This document shows positions 39,436-53,238 of a DNA stretch of 64,000 nucleotides, piece after piece. Below the pieces are notes generated by a model that was not told the DNA's origin, searched no databases, and saw nothing but the letters and a program-made list of their open reading frames with translations. The first letter of the stretch is position 1; every line of letters starts with the position of its first letter. The stretch is from positions 84,074,001 to 84,138,000 of the forward strand of contig CM052816.1 in assembly GCA_028534125.1 (NCBI GenBank), read 5' to 3'. Source of the stretch: Lama glama (Eukaryota). The translations under genes and the position numbers were made by a program.

Positions 39436-40854
39436 GTTTACATTCTCCTCTTTAATGTCACCATTTAATACTTCTTTTTTTCCTTCTCAGTACTCGTTAG
39501 GGTCTTGTGAAATGCCCTGAGTCCAAAGCAATGAATAATTTTTGTTGCCAGTACAAAGAAAGATGGATTAATTTGATTAATTTCCTCTAAATGCTTTGAA
39601 GTACAGCATCAAAGAATCACTGTTTACCTCTTGAAATGCTCAGATTTGATTCTAGAATAAAGAAAACGTGGTCAACTTTCATTCAAAGGACAATTGTAGA
39701 GTACTGGAACTTTGTACTTAAACAAAAACATATCACAGTCCATTTTATTCTTTTCTTAAAAGATATGTGTTTAGCATTAATATTATTTACCCCCTGGCAT
39801 ATATGAGTAGAACTAGTTTCCCTTTAATGTGATTTTAAGAGTAGATTTCTAATTAAAATACATTTGCACTATAAAAGAAGCTTTCATCCAAGGAAAAGAA
39901 AATTTGAAACTATTTTAATATACTCAAATTTGTGCTTTCAGAAAAATTTCCTGAATTATTGCTACAGTTAGTTGCTATAAAATAACCTAGTCCACGCAGT
40001 ACTATAAAGAACCTTGCATATTAGCCCTATAATTATGTGTGCAGTATCTAAGTGAATTGAAAACAATAGGAATAATAAATTCTATTAAATTCAGGAAATT
40101 ATAATATGCATCATTCAGAATATCATTTAGATTTTTCAGAAAAGAATTCGTATTTGATTCTTTATATAACTAAAAAATTAAAGTGAAGTGAATGCCGTGG
40201 CATACTCCCTGAGTGGTAGTCTACGGTGTACTCACAAATACTGATGGTTAAAGTGGGAAATATTTTTAAATGAGCTACCAGACAACACTTTTCCATCAGC
40301 TTTGATAGTGCGTGCTCTTTGACTCTCAGGGCAACTTCATAGACACTATACTGAGAAATCTTAAAAACAATTCACATCACCTTTATGCAGAGAACTGTTT
40401 GTCATGGTTTCACAAAATGAAAACCTGGAAACAGAACCTCAAAAATAGGATACAGTATTTTTGTATCACAAAGTGTTTCATTCTAATGCTCTTAGAATGA
40501 TATATATACAGAATGTGAAAAAAACAAAGGCCTCCAACTTGGAACCAAGGTCCTAAGTCCCTAGCATCATGACTGTCAGAATTTTTAGAACTGATATTTT
40601 CGCATTTTACTCACCTCTGTCTCTGCTACTGCATTATTTCATCATTGACCTTCCCTCTGCAGCTGATAACAATCATCTTTCCCATGGCCAGATCTATTGC
40701 TTATCTTCACATCTAAATGAGGGAATGATTCTGTGTAGGTCACTGTTTCAAGAGTTACAAAAGATGGATATAAAATATTTTCTTTATGAGGCCCACGAAA
40801 TTCAAATACAAGTGATACTGTACTTTCTTTCCTGGTATCTACAGGTGTTTTAAA

Positions 40855-42050
40855 AAAAATTTAAATTTAAGTGTCATACATGTGCAAAAATATACCCCAA
40901 ATGAACATATGTCAAATCAAGAAATAGATTATTATCAGTATCCTAGAAATCTCCTCATGCCCCCACCTAGGCACCACAACTCTCTTGCAGTAAAATTAAT
41001 CACCGTGTTGGCTTCTAACAGCATAGATCAATTTACTCTGTTTTTGATCTTCTATCAACGGAATTGTACAGTATGTTAGTTTCTCTTTACCTTATTTTTG
41101 CTCTCCTTGCTTTATTGTCTTTTAGAGGCTCATCATGTAAGAGTGTAGCTACAATATGTTCTTTTTCTTATGGCTGTGTGGTATTCTATCTTGTGGATAT
41201 GCCACAACATGTGTCTACTCTACTTTAGATAAGAATTTGGGATGATTTCATAGTTTTCTGCCAAGAACACTCTTATTTGTGTCTTGAAGTGTATATATAA
41301 ATATACCTGATGGATATGAACTTCATGAAGTAGCTGGATCATAGGAAATGCATATGCTCAATGAGCAAACTATTTTCAAAATGTTTGTCCCAGAGATCCT
41401 GTTTCTCAGCATTCTATTCAATCCTTCATATAATTAATTAGGTGTGTGTTTAATTGCATCTCATCATGGTTTTATTTTCTCTGAAGACAAGTGGTAATTT
41501 AAATTATTTGCATCTTTTATTGACTTTTTGGAGATCCTCTCTGTGAAATCCCTGAGCAAGTGTTCTTTTTGTTTTCCATATCCATGTGCACATGCACACT
41601 CACAGGCACACACACATACACACAAAAATATTCTGGGTATAAGAGCATTATGACATATATACTGTAAACATCTAACTATCTTCTCCCATTCAGTGGCTGC
41701 CCTGTTAACTCTTAGTAGTAATATTTTGAGTGACAAAACTTTTTTTTTTGAATACAGTCTAATTAACCAGTATTTTATTTTTTCCTTATGCTTTAACTGT
41801 CTTATTTAATAAAACATAGCTTAATCTAGGGTAAGGAAATTAGTTTCCAGGATTCTCTCTCGAGAGGCTCATAATGTTACCTTTCACATTGAGATGTGCA
41901 GTTCCCCTGGAACAGGACTTTGTTTATGCTATGAGACTGGGATAGAGTTTTACATTTTTACATGGATATGTATTTTGCCCAACAGTATTCATTTTAAATA
42001 CCTTTCTTTCCTCTTTGTGCTACAGTGTTACATTTAAGAATGAGTTTATT
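40855..42050 (-). mobile_element. Old L1ME-like fragment
   Basis: Antisense L1M motifs: 'ttctaacagcatagatcaattt', 'tggctgtgtggtattctatcttgtggatatgccacaa', 'atcttctcccattcagtggctgcc'. Confidence 0.75.
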
Positions 42051-42264
42051 AATGTTTCTCAATAGTATGTGTGAGTTCTATTTCATAATTCTGGCTCTTG
42101 TCTTTCTTGGTGTATTCCTTTTACTTTCTTTGACTTTAATCTGATGACATTTTCATGAATGTTTTGAGACTAATATTTTAGTCACGGATTTTTCAACCTC
42201 TGTGTGTGATGGGGAGTTTCTCTCCATTGTCTTCATGATAGTATACAAGTTTGTAAACTACTTA

Positions 42265-42950
42265 AGATGATGCACCAACCCCTGAATAATCCTTTTGTAC
42301 TAACCCTGAATGGTTAATTTTTGCAAACATTCTTCTTTTGCCAGTGGACAGATTGTTAAAGTTTGACAGTAAAGGGCACGGGATGGGCCATTGCAGGAGG
42401 AAGGGGATTCGTGCTTCCCTCCTGCCTTTCCTTCCTGCAGTGGAGGTGCTCAGCCCACGTGCAGGACACTGAAGCTGGAGTGAGAGCACCAGCGCATCCT
42501 GCAGGCAGTGTCCCAGCAAGTTCTGTGGGACCACAGTTAAGCAGACTCCCCGTGGGTGTCCCAGCTACTTCCCTGCAAGTTCAGCATCCACCCGACTCAC
42601 CACAGACATAGCTTGCTGTGAGTTTCCCCTGCACACAAGGAGGCAGTGCTCTGCTTGCTGGAATCCTCCTGTGGAACCTCAGTGAACTCCCCCACTGTAT
42701 AGTGGGCTAGCGCCCCACCCCCTCCAGGTGGTCTGAGCCTCAGTTCTGGTTGGAGGGGTGTTATGGGGGTAGGACTGAGGGAGTCCTTTTAGACTGTCCA
42801 TCAGCTCTAAGAGTAATGATTGGTTTCTGTATTTGGTGTTACTGCATTCTTTACTCCATTCACCCATTACGAGGTATTAACCCTTTTAATAAACTTCACC
42901 TATTCCTTGCATTGCATAGCTTATCTTCTAACTGAATGCTGACTGAAAAG
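42265..42950 (+). mobile_element. ERVL-type solo LTR (LTR33/LTR16-like)
   Basis: GC-rich block with AATAAA at ~42888 and an LTR33-like end 'ttatcttctaactgaatgctgactga'. Confidence 0.6.
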
Positions 42951-44837
42951 TCAGCATTAACTAAAGAAGACAGATTGAAAGAATCCAACTGATAATACAT
43001 AAAGATAATACTTAGGTCAAATGTCAGACACTTGGCAACTTGAAAAGACTGTAAATAAAACCTTCCACATTTGAAAAGAAGAGAGTGAAAAAAATATGTG
43101 ACTAATGGATCTAATAACAAATCTGAAGAAGGAAAAAAAATCTTACTGAACTAATTACACAAATTATTGCAACAGTTAAGCATAAAGGCAGTTTTAAAAA
43201 CTGTATCTCGTATCTACTTGATACATCTGTCCTACATGGAGAAAAAAAGTCACAACTCCGTAAGAATCGAAGTAACATTAGTAGACATTCATTAACATAG
43301 AATTAGAATAAAATGGTTGAAACGCCAGCTCCAGTTCCAGGTGTCGTGCATCACCAACGTGTTTGGTGCATTTTCTTGACAACCAACAGTTTCCATGTTC
43401 TTTCTGAACATCCCTCCCCGACAGCCCTGACCAGACAGTCCTCCCTCCTCCCCACCACTCATTCCTAAGTCTACTGAACAACCAATTCCACTGCCCTGAT
43501 GGGACCAAAATTGCCTCTTCATACATGACATTTTAATAAACAAGTTGATCACAATCTGGAAGCCGTTTTACAAAATCTATCAAAAGATGACGGTTATGGT
43601 TGAAAAGATGTCTGTGAGTTTATTAGGTTCTCCAAGCCAAAAAGAAAGAAGTGGGCAAGTGAGTTCTCAAAGAAACAATTTGACTTGTAATTCAAATTTT
43701 CAAAATGCATGTGAGTGTTCTTCTGAGTCAGTAAAACAAACAAAATGAATTCTCCTGTTTTACTTCTGAAATCTCTTCCTCAGATTGTTGACATAATGAA
43801 TTAATTTAATTCTTCCTCAAGGTAACTTCAAGGCTTTCATTGTAAATTCCTTACAGCAGAACTCAAACTTAAAAATGTCATGGATCCCTATGAAACAAGG
43901 ATCCCTATGTTTTGGATCAAAACACTCTTAAAGCTGGAGCTATATACGAGTACAATGCAATACACATTGTTTGTCTGCATACACCTATACAATGCCACAA
44001 AAGAAATTTGAAATTATGGCTTCCATATTTCCTCTGTGTTATTTTATCTTTCCACATGGTTTCACTGCTTTTTTCCCAAGTGTGGACTTTTGAATGTTAT
44101 ATAAATTTTATAGAAAAATTATTTCTAAAGGAATTTAGAAAGAATCCATTCATGCATCTCCCACTCCTAATTATACTATTTTTTTTCTATCTTCATTTGA
44201 TTCTAAAAATCAGGATAATAATTTTAAACTTTTCTTTTCAAATTCAGTCCTTGTGCAAATTCAAGCTCATATATTTACAGCATGAACCAAGCTATGAACT
44301 AACTTCACATTTTCAAAACATATTTTTTCTGCATGTTTTTTTCCTCTGTCAGGATTTAGAGTTAGTATCCATGATCATTAAAAATACATACGTAACTCAG
44401 CATTCTCATTTAAAAAAGTGTTTATACAAAAACCTGCCACTCAACTAGATGACAGTTTTATAAGTCGCTTCTTTCTTTTTTTGACAGTCTATTTATCCTA
44501 CTATATAAAATCCTCGAAGGAAGTCTTGCCGTAAATGATAGTGTATTTCACAGGTCATGTAATTTGCAAATTGTCATTCTTCATTTTGCAGGAAATAGTA
44601 CATGATGTCAACAACACAGAAGCAATATATTAACATTTTCACTGTCTTTCAGTAAGAATAGATTTTTCTTCTTAATTTTGATGATAGTCAAGGCAAACTG
44701 CAAAGCGTTCTGGTCAATTATGGGTTGTAAAAAAAGACGTCATGTGTTAAACTGTATATGTGTTACTCTGTGATGTCTCTATTGTGTCTTGTTTGTTTGG
44801 TGGAGGTAGTCTATAAAGTTCTAGAAAGAGACTTTTT

Positions 44838-44990
44838 ATCATTCATTCATTCATTTGAATATTCACCAATTTTGTCAATATGCTTGTATCAAATGCCTAA
44901 TAAATTCAATAAAAATAATCTAGGTAACAGATGATGAAAACCGTGGAAAAGTTTCTACTCTTGTGAATCTCACGGTAAAGCAGGAGAAAC
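44838..44990 (-). mobile_element. L2 3' terminus
   Basis: An (ATTC)n tail followed by 'aatatgcttgtatcaaatgcctaa'. Confidence 0.55.
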
Positions 44991-45839
44991 AAACAAGCAA
45001 TCATGCATTTTAAATGTGAGCTTCTGTTGTTTGTGCATGTGTGTGCTGCCTGGACAGACTGCTTGCCACCATTCCTCTATGACCATGTTTGTGGTACTGG
45101 TGGAGGAGGATTCCCATACTTGGTACACATTTCCCACCTTAGTACCTCAAACAGAAGTAGAGAGGGCAGCTACTTCACTGCGGGCTATGGTCAGATGTGT
45201 GACTCAAGCTTAACCAATTACACATGCACCCTTTAATGTGATCTTTCAAAGTGGGACATTTGGCTCAAGAGTTGGGAGGGTTTTGTGTAGCTGGGTCGTC
45301 ACGGTGGGGATAGCAGTAATTGCTCTGGTAGTTCTAGCATGGCAGCTGTGATGCTGGCAGAGGTTCTGCTGGTGACATCTTGAATAGAATAAAGCTATTT
45401 TGTGTCCTTACCCGTAATTTCTGCTTTCCAGCATCCACTGACATGTGCCTTGTTCTAATTCCAGGGTTGCTGTCCCTCACTGTTTCCATGAGGCTTTCAT
45501 TTATATCTACTTCCAATGCATCTCCCTCTCCCACCTGCCAAAAAGCAAACACAAAAACAAAAACATAACTAGAGCCAGAAAAAAGCATCTAAAATGACCT
45601 CCACAGCTTAAAATAAAACTCACTGGATAATAGTTTATGCCCCCAAAGAGTGAAATTAAGATGAAAAGAATGGAATTCCTTTCCATGTGGATACAGGATA
45701 ATAGTCCTTTGCACTTTTATTTTCATGTTTTCATGTGTTTTTATCTATTTAGTCTTTCATTAAAACATATAAACCCTCAGAACAGGGCTTAGGGAGTGGT
45801 AATCATGTGTCGGGATGAGCTATTTTATTAATATATCAG

Positions 45840-46080
45840 GGGTAGAGCATCGAGGTTAAGAGCCCAGGTTATGGTTCTACACTGGTTTTATTCATAAACT
45901 AGCTCTTCAATTTACACATCTGTGTGACCTTGGGCAAGTTACTTAACATCTCTGTGCCTGAGATTCTTTGTTGGTGAAATGAGCCTAATAATAGTATCAT
46001 TCAAGGTTGAAATAGATAATTCATGTAATATTTATAGAAGAGCATTGACATAAAATAACATCTTATTGAACGTTATCTAT
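45840..46080 (+). mobile_element. MIR SINE
   Basis: Near-canonical core 'ctgtgtgaccttgggcaagttacttaacatctctgtgcct'. Confidence 0.9.
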
Positions 46081-48777
46081 TTTAGCTTCATCTAAATTTC
46101 TGTCCATTTTTCCAATAAATGAATTGAAATTTAATAATTACAAAATACATATTCACTCTTTCTTCTTAATAATGAAAGAATTTGTATCTATTCATGTTCC
46201 ATTTGAGCAAAGGCTTATACTTTGTTATGTTTGGTTCTGCCAAGTCCTTAATTTCTAAACAGTCGTTATAATTTTGCTTTTCCTTCAGAGTAATTAGAAT
46301 GATTTAGATGAGCTCTGTATTATAATTTCCAACTGGTTATTGTGTTATTAAGCCTATTAATTTCTCAAGTTATTGCACTAAGGCCAGAAACTGTGGTCTT
46401 CTTCTCCTTTTAATAATTGATTAAAGTTTATTTGTTGTTTTGAGAACATAAATTTTGAAATATTTTTCCAGGCATTTGGGAACTCTTTACATGTCTATTT
46501 AGTCTAATTTTAAATTTCTACATAAACCTATTAACTCAGACTTGTTAATTATGTTCTTCAAAATCTATATCAGTTTAATTTTTCTATGAACTTGAAATCA
46601 TTTTGAGAGATGAATTAAAGATTCCCACTTACATTGTAAGACCTATATTAATCATATTCTCATTATGCTGAAAGTGCTTGCTGTTCATTCTATTATATAT
46701 TCTTCGTGAATAATGTTTCCAATTTAATATTGATATCAGCCATCCTCTTTCTTTTTTCGTTATTGCTGTTATTTATTTGTTTGCTTTTCTCAAGTTAAGG
46801 AGCGTCTCTTAACGACAGTGCCAAATAGCTGCAGCAGAGCCAGGCTGTATGAGAGAGGAATGAAACCCAAAGTCACAGGCTTATTCCAAGTTTCAGCGAG
46901 TAGTCATGTTCTTTGCAAGTGTTCTTGAGTGGAATGGCTCCTTTAAGTGCATGGCTGGCAGCCACGCCCAGTCAGTCTCTCCTTGACCCGGATATGAGTT
47001 TTCTATGTTGCTGTTACTGACAGGTTTGATGCTGTCTATGGCTTTACATACTCAGGTCTGGCAGTAGAAATGTAGCTCCCCTGATTCAAAATTTCTTCAG
47101 AAGTTCAAGATGGCAACAGGAGAGCATTAAGCCAAGTGCGTCATCCTTCTGTCTGGGGCCTGCAGGGGCTGCACTGGGTGCCCATAACACTACTTGTACA
47201 TTTCTTGTCAGCGGTAACGTTTCCATCTCCTACTTCAGCCACATCAGGAGAAACGTGGGGGAGAAAGAGCGTTTTTTTTTGGCAATCATTGATTTTCAGT
47301 TTTAACATACAATGGAATAAAATCCATGGAGCCAAAGACAGAACTGAAGAGCAACAGTCACAATAAGCTGCTGAGGTATTACACACTCTTCACTTCATGG
47401 TGTACACGGGATTCTTTTTTGTAAGATATCTCCAGGTTAAGGAAATTAGACAAGTTAACATTTAAAATTATATCTGGGAGTTAAAGAAGAAATTTAAGAT
47501 TGCATAAAATTTACTTCTTTCCCCTTATCTGTAACTTTTTTCTATTTTTCCTCTCAGTATAATCTTAGAAGATTTTTCTAGTTGTATAATTTTAAAAATG
47601 TTCGTAATGAGATATTCCTTAATGCTACTGATTTGAGTTTTATTCCAAAAACTCTGTTGTATTGATGATGATGACTGATGATCAGAGGGACTAAATGTAC
47701 ATTATCCATTAATTATTTGTATTAAGATTATTTACATGTAAGCCTCAGTGACTCTAAGTCATGGTTACGAAGTTCATAAATTAATCATTTCCCATCTACT
47801 TACTCTGTTATTTTTGTTGACATAATTTTATTGATAAATGATTCTTTTGCAATTTCAAAGCTATGAAAAAATGCATTGCCACTTCTCAACTTAAGTGCAT
47901 TACTTAATTTTAAAATCTAAATGTATCATAATTCAAAGTTAATTGCAGAGATTTTGTTAAATTATTCCAACTTATCTTGCTCTTTATATTTATAAGCTCT
48001 TTAACCTTGCATGTATTCAAGATACCAAAGTAGCCTTAAAAGCTTATTACAAATGATAGCTTTTTCACTTAGATTAATCTGCTACTATAATACAAAGGGT
48101 ATTTTATTAAATATTCATTTTCTTCTATCAGCACTGATATTAGTAATTTAAGTTTGGCCATAGAGTAATCAATTAAAGTATCGCATGCTGTGTGAACACT
48201 AAACCCAACACATTAATTTAATCTATTTTGGCTACTCCTGCTGTCTCGCAAATCATTTCTATGGTTACAACACATTTGTCAAAGTTTCTAATAGAAAAAC
48301 ATCCCACAACGACAAGGCCTATACTAAGTAAATACAAGATTTATGGATAATAAATGTATCTAGATTTAATTTCTATAAATTAATGACATTTTTCTAATGT
48401 CACAGAATACACACAATAAAAATGAGCTAAATACACTAAATTATTTTTAATTATTGTGGAAAAAATGACTGTGGAAGGTTAATCATGGAAGGTGAACAAA
48501 TGATTATATAAGAAAAGCATAAAATTTAATTAACTCTGTGGTAAATCAAGGATCGCTAACAGGCAAGCCACATCTTAGAACAGACATAGAAGTGGGACTG
48601 TGTCCTATCACTTTTCCTTCGGTGCTGGATCTTTCTTCACATTCTTAGTAAGCTTGTGTTAATTTTTCAACAGGATAAAAAGACAAGAGACTTCACAAAC
48701 AATATTATCTTAAACCTAAAGAATCACTATTGCAAATCCTTAAAATGATAACGGAAATGTGACTTTGGTAAATGTAC

Positions 48778-49387
48778 TGTAAGGAATTTAACTTTACCCT
48801 AAGAGAGGTCTGGCCTTGGCCCTTGGCCTCAGGGAGATAATCTCCCTTGGAATGTCATGCTTCACAAAAGCATCTTTGTGTAGGGTTCTGACCACACCAA
48901 ATTAAGGAAGGGGCTGACCAGAATAGAAAGACCAACAATGTGATATAGAGTAGGGCTTTGAATCACACAGTATCACTTGAAATGGAGACTGAGTTCAACC
49001 AGGGGGCAAGTGCAACCCCAGTAGCAACTGAATACGAAGCTGAATACGAAGCTGAATACCGGGGTGAGCTGCCCCGTTCACAATGCAGAATCCTTAGGGT
49101 ATTGTTGCACGTGGATACCAGGAAAGCAACCCCCCCTTACCCCACAGAGAGAGGACGATGGACGCTTTTCATTTAGTACGTCTCCAGATGCTGCCTTACG
49201 TGCTTTTTCCTTTGGCTGATTTTAATCTGTATCCATTCTTTGTAAAAACCATTAGCAGCCTCTAGTGAGTTCTGTGAGTCCTTCTAGCAAATCCTCTGGA
49301 CTTGCAATTAGCGTCAGAAGGAAGGAGAATTTTGTTTGATTTACCACCGTGTTTCCTCCAACTTTGTAGCTGGCCTACACTCTCACA
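48778..49387 (+). mobile_element. ERV solo LTR, MER21-family-like
   Basis: TG...CA termini with flanks gtac/gaac. It contains 'ttggctgattttaatctgtatcc' and 'gtgagttctgtgagtccttctagcaaatc', typical of MER21, plus an internal 12-bp tandem (ctgaatacgaag). Confidence 0.8.
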
Positions 49388-51504
49388 GAACTACACACTG
49401 CATTGGTTAAAAAACATTAAAAAATAATATAACATGTTATTTTTCTGGCCCTTTACAAATAAAGTAATTTAAATCTATTAATCGAAAATGGTCCATGAAA
49501 AACTGGACAAAAAATATTATGCATAAAAATAAGTGATAACAAATGTTTCAGTCTAAACCTATTTAAAACTGCTTATCCATGTCTAGAAAACTAGGAGGTT
49601 GGATTCGAAAACTCCTGTTGTTTTATTGAAGATTTTAATGTCCCTGTGTATAACAGTTGTACTGCTTTAGGCACATAGTTCTTGGTTTGCTTTATATCTA
49701 TTTCATTAAACTTTTGTAACTTTAGCTGAACTCTCCATGGTGAAGTCATAAATCAGAATTTCTATTAATATTTTGCTTTCTATTAATGTAGCTGCAAGTT
49801 TTTCAACTGTACTGTACTCTCACTGGTTTTGGGGCTGGTTAGAACTTAGTCTTTGAGCAGCTGACAGCAAATTTTGTTTCCAGCCTTGATTATCTTGTGT
49901 ATATAGTAAATAATTTAACAGACCTTTTTATTAACATTCTCAATTCTCTCTCCTCTTATCCTTTGCCCCAGCATAAAAAATCTCTTATAGCTGAATGTAT
50001 ATTTCCAGAAATCTACTGCTTTCTTAATTCAAGCCTATTGTTCTTTAAACTAGAAAGCATATTTCATCATGACTTTTGGTTTGAAGGTTTTAGTGGGCAC
50101 TAGAGATACAGTGCTAACCACAATGGACATAAACTCTGCCTTCAGCAAAAGTCTTTTGGGGGAAAACTAAGCAAAAAATTACAGAGGCTTGTACTACGTT
50201 CTGTGATGGGTTAGACAGAGAGAACATATCAGGATGATGGAACCAAGTCAAGGACAATGGAAGGTCAGCAGCTACTTCCCTGAGAAAGTGCTATGTAAGT
50301 AACATTCATTGGCAGCCCTTAAAACAAGTTGTAAAACACAGCCCTGGTCAATTAGCTAACCCCCTTCATCTCTCCACTCCAGCAGGGGGATGTGCATGGC
50401 TTCCCAGATTCCCCTTCAATTTCTGACTTGTCTCAGGAGGCTTCTTATTGATTTTTCCCTCATTCTTCAAATTCTCCAGCTTCTCATACATTTATATAAG
50501 GATTTATATTAAATTTCTTATCCTCTAATGCTCATATAGGTTCTGCTTCCCTGAAGGAAACTTATTTGATACAGAAATCTAAGATATTTTACATTGCATT
50601 GGCTGTGAAGAAACAGTTAAAGGATGTCGGAAAGGCAACGGGAATATTATTTTTGGAGGCTGAAAATAAGGTGGATTATGCCATGTATGGAGGAAAGTTT
50701 GCAACACTGTGTCTGTTTAAAGTGGATGATAGAAAATGTGTCTAACCCAGTGCTTGTGATTTTGAAAAATACAACTATTTCTCACACTCAGTTTTGCCAG
50801 CAGGAGCAGGAAAAGAAGTTTCAAAGTAAAGGAAGATCTTGAGGGGGGAATAAAGATCCAATCCAGGGCACTGTCAACAAAACATCAAGGTAAATTTAAC
50901 AGTACAGATTAGGGATCTTTTATTTTGTCAAAAAATTAAATTAAATTCTTGTATTATAGTCTAACTTAGCTATTTAGAAAGGAGTGCAAAGATTATAAAT
51001 GACATGTAACACAGTGCCCTGACCTGTAGCCCAAAGTGGCCTATGTCAGCATTATCTGTGGGCCCGGCTTCTGTCTAATGGAGAGAATGCCATTAAGATT
51101 TTTAAGAAATCTAGAGTTTTTTAAGGAGAATTGTGTAGACAGAAGTACCAACAGTTTAGACTAAAAGAGACAGAGATACTTTAAAATGAAAAGGAGCCTC
51201 AGGGCCTTTAAATGATGAGAAAACTATGAAGCATAGAACTTTTCTCTGTGGAAAAAAAAAAAGCAAACAAGAATGGATAATAAGACAGAACTAAGACCCC
51301 AAGGTTGGTGTAAAATACCTAAAGCAACCATTCTGGACACTCAAAACAGCACCTTAAGCAATGTTCATTGCCTTCCTTCAGAGCAGGGGGAATTCGTTCC
51401 ATGTGCCAGGCTCAACTGCAAAATTACTATGAAACAATGACTGTCATATGCCTTCTGTTCCCATTTTTATTTTAAGAGTGTTTACTGCTGCTATCCTTCC
51501 TTCT

Positions 51505-51950
51505 TTGAGTGGGATGCCTCAAAGATATGTCCACATCCTAATCTCCAGATTGTGATTATCATCTTATATGGCAAAAAGTAATATCTATCTTTTTTTGGCA
51601 AAGGTTTTGATTAAGTTAGGGATCTTTAGAGGAGACACTTATCCTGGGTTGTCTGGGCATACTGTAAATGCCATTGGATGTGTTCCCACAAGAAATAGAC
51701 AGGGAAGGTGAGCGAGACACGGGGAGGGGAAGGTCATGAAAAGCCAGGCAGAGAGAGATGTAGACAAAGTCAAAAAATGTCAGCAGCCACGAAAAGTGGG
51801 AGGAGACAACACCTTCTCCCTGAGAGACTTTGGAAGGACCCCAGCCCTGTCATAATTCAGACTCTCAGCCTCCACAATGGTGAACGGATGCATTTCTGTT
51901 ATTTTAAACCACCCGTCTGTGGAATTTGTTACAGCAGCCACAGGATAGGA
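51505..51950 (+). mobile_element. MaLR LTR (MLT1C/D-like)
   Basis: 'aaagatatgtccacatcctaatctcca', 'catttctgttattttaaaccacc' and 'gtggaatttgttacagcagccacagga'. Confidence 0.85.
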
Positions 51951-53200
51951 ATTTCCTACCTCACATTGTATATTATGCGGGGATGATGTCAGGATCACTA
52001 GTCTTTTTCACTTGGAGGATTTGTATTGAAAGGTCCATTCACAAAGTCCTGCCCAGATGACTGGATTTTGTGCCTAGATCCTGAGCTTGTGCCATGGTTG
52101 GATGATACTTTAGAGGTTTCGGTTATAATTTGCATTTGGAAATTGCTTCACTCATTTTTAGGCAGAGGACATTCTGCAGTGCAATGAAGATGCCCCCAGA
52201 TTATTTGCCACTCCTTCAGGCTAGAGTCAGGGCCCATTTCCTCTTGACCTGTAACACTGTTGTTAGAACTGCTGGTCTCCTATAAAATGGCTCTATTCTG
52301 TGTTACCCAATTTCATGCTGTTTAAAATTATTTTCTTTGTTACTATTCTTCCTATTCAACTTCTCTGTTGTGGAATCCACATTAAGGAATACCAACTAAG
52401 GATGCTGAGTCTGGGAGAAGTAAGTGGGTGATTACACAGAGACACACACGCACAATGTGAAATGATGTTTGTAATACGGGAAAGAAAGTACCTGATAGCA
52501 TAAAACCATAAAGAAGACTGAATCCGGTAATGGGAATCAGGAAGTCTGTTTGTTTTTCAAAACTAATAATATGACCCTTTGGCTAATGATTCAATTTCAT
52601 CTTGGTAGAAATAAGAGTAAAGAATCCTCCAAAGAGGAAGCATTATGTTGAAAAATCAAGGGGTAAATTGATCTAAGAATCTGAAAGGACCCCTGTAGCT
52701 AGAACTAAGAAAGCAAGTGATATCATCTTAGAGGAAGCGCCAGAAGTACATAGGGTCCAGACACATAGGTCTTTGGAGAATATGTTAAGAATTTTTTTTT
52801 TAAAGCTTAAGAGCAATGGGAAACTGTGAAAGGATTTTAAATTAAAAGTGAAACACAGACTATGATTTGTTTTATGGAATTTTTTTTAATTTTGGTAAAA
52901 CTTCACTTTAAAACCAATTAAAGCTTATAGATTTAGAAGCTCTATTAGGTGAAAGCTGAAAGTAGTTTAGGCTAAAGTGTTGGATACAGAGAAAAGCACA
53001 GATTCTAGAAATATTTAAATATTAAGAGAGAATGCTTTATCCACAGAGTTTGAGAAAGACTAAGATGACAAGAGTAGTTCCCTCTGTTGGTACAATTAGT
53101 ATCCTGACAAAAATTGATCCCCCTTAATTGAAACAGTCAGAAAGAATGTATTCCCACAACGTACGATTTGAATTAGTCAACTCCTAAAGGTATACCTCCC

Positions 53201-53202
<2 letters not shown>

Positions 53203-53237
<35 letters not shown>
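53203..53237. repeat. (CA)n microsatellite
   Basis: Directly visible. Confidence 0.98.

Positions 53238-53238
<1 letters not shown>

Noticed and set aside
43912..44448. 178-aa hydrophobic ORF
   Set aside because: It has a TTG start, and its F/L/I-rich composition is what T-rich non-coding DNA produces. No family is recognised.
49020..49062. CRISPR-like or coding repeat (EYEAEYEAEY)
   Set aside because: A spacer-less 12-bp tandem inside an LTR in a mammalian genome.
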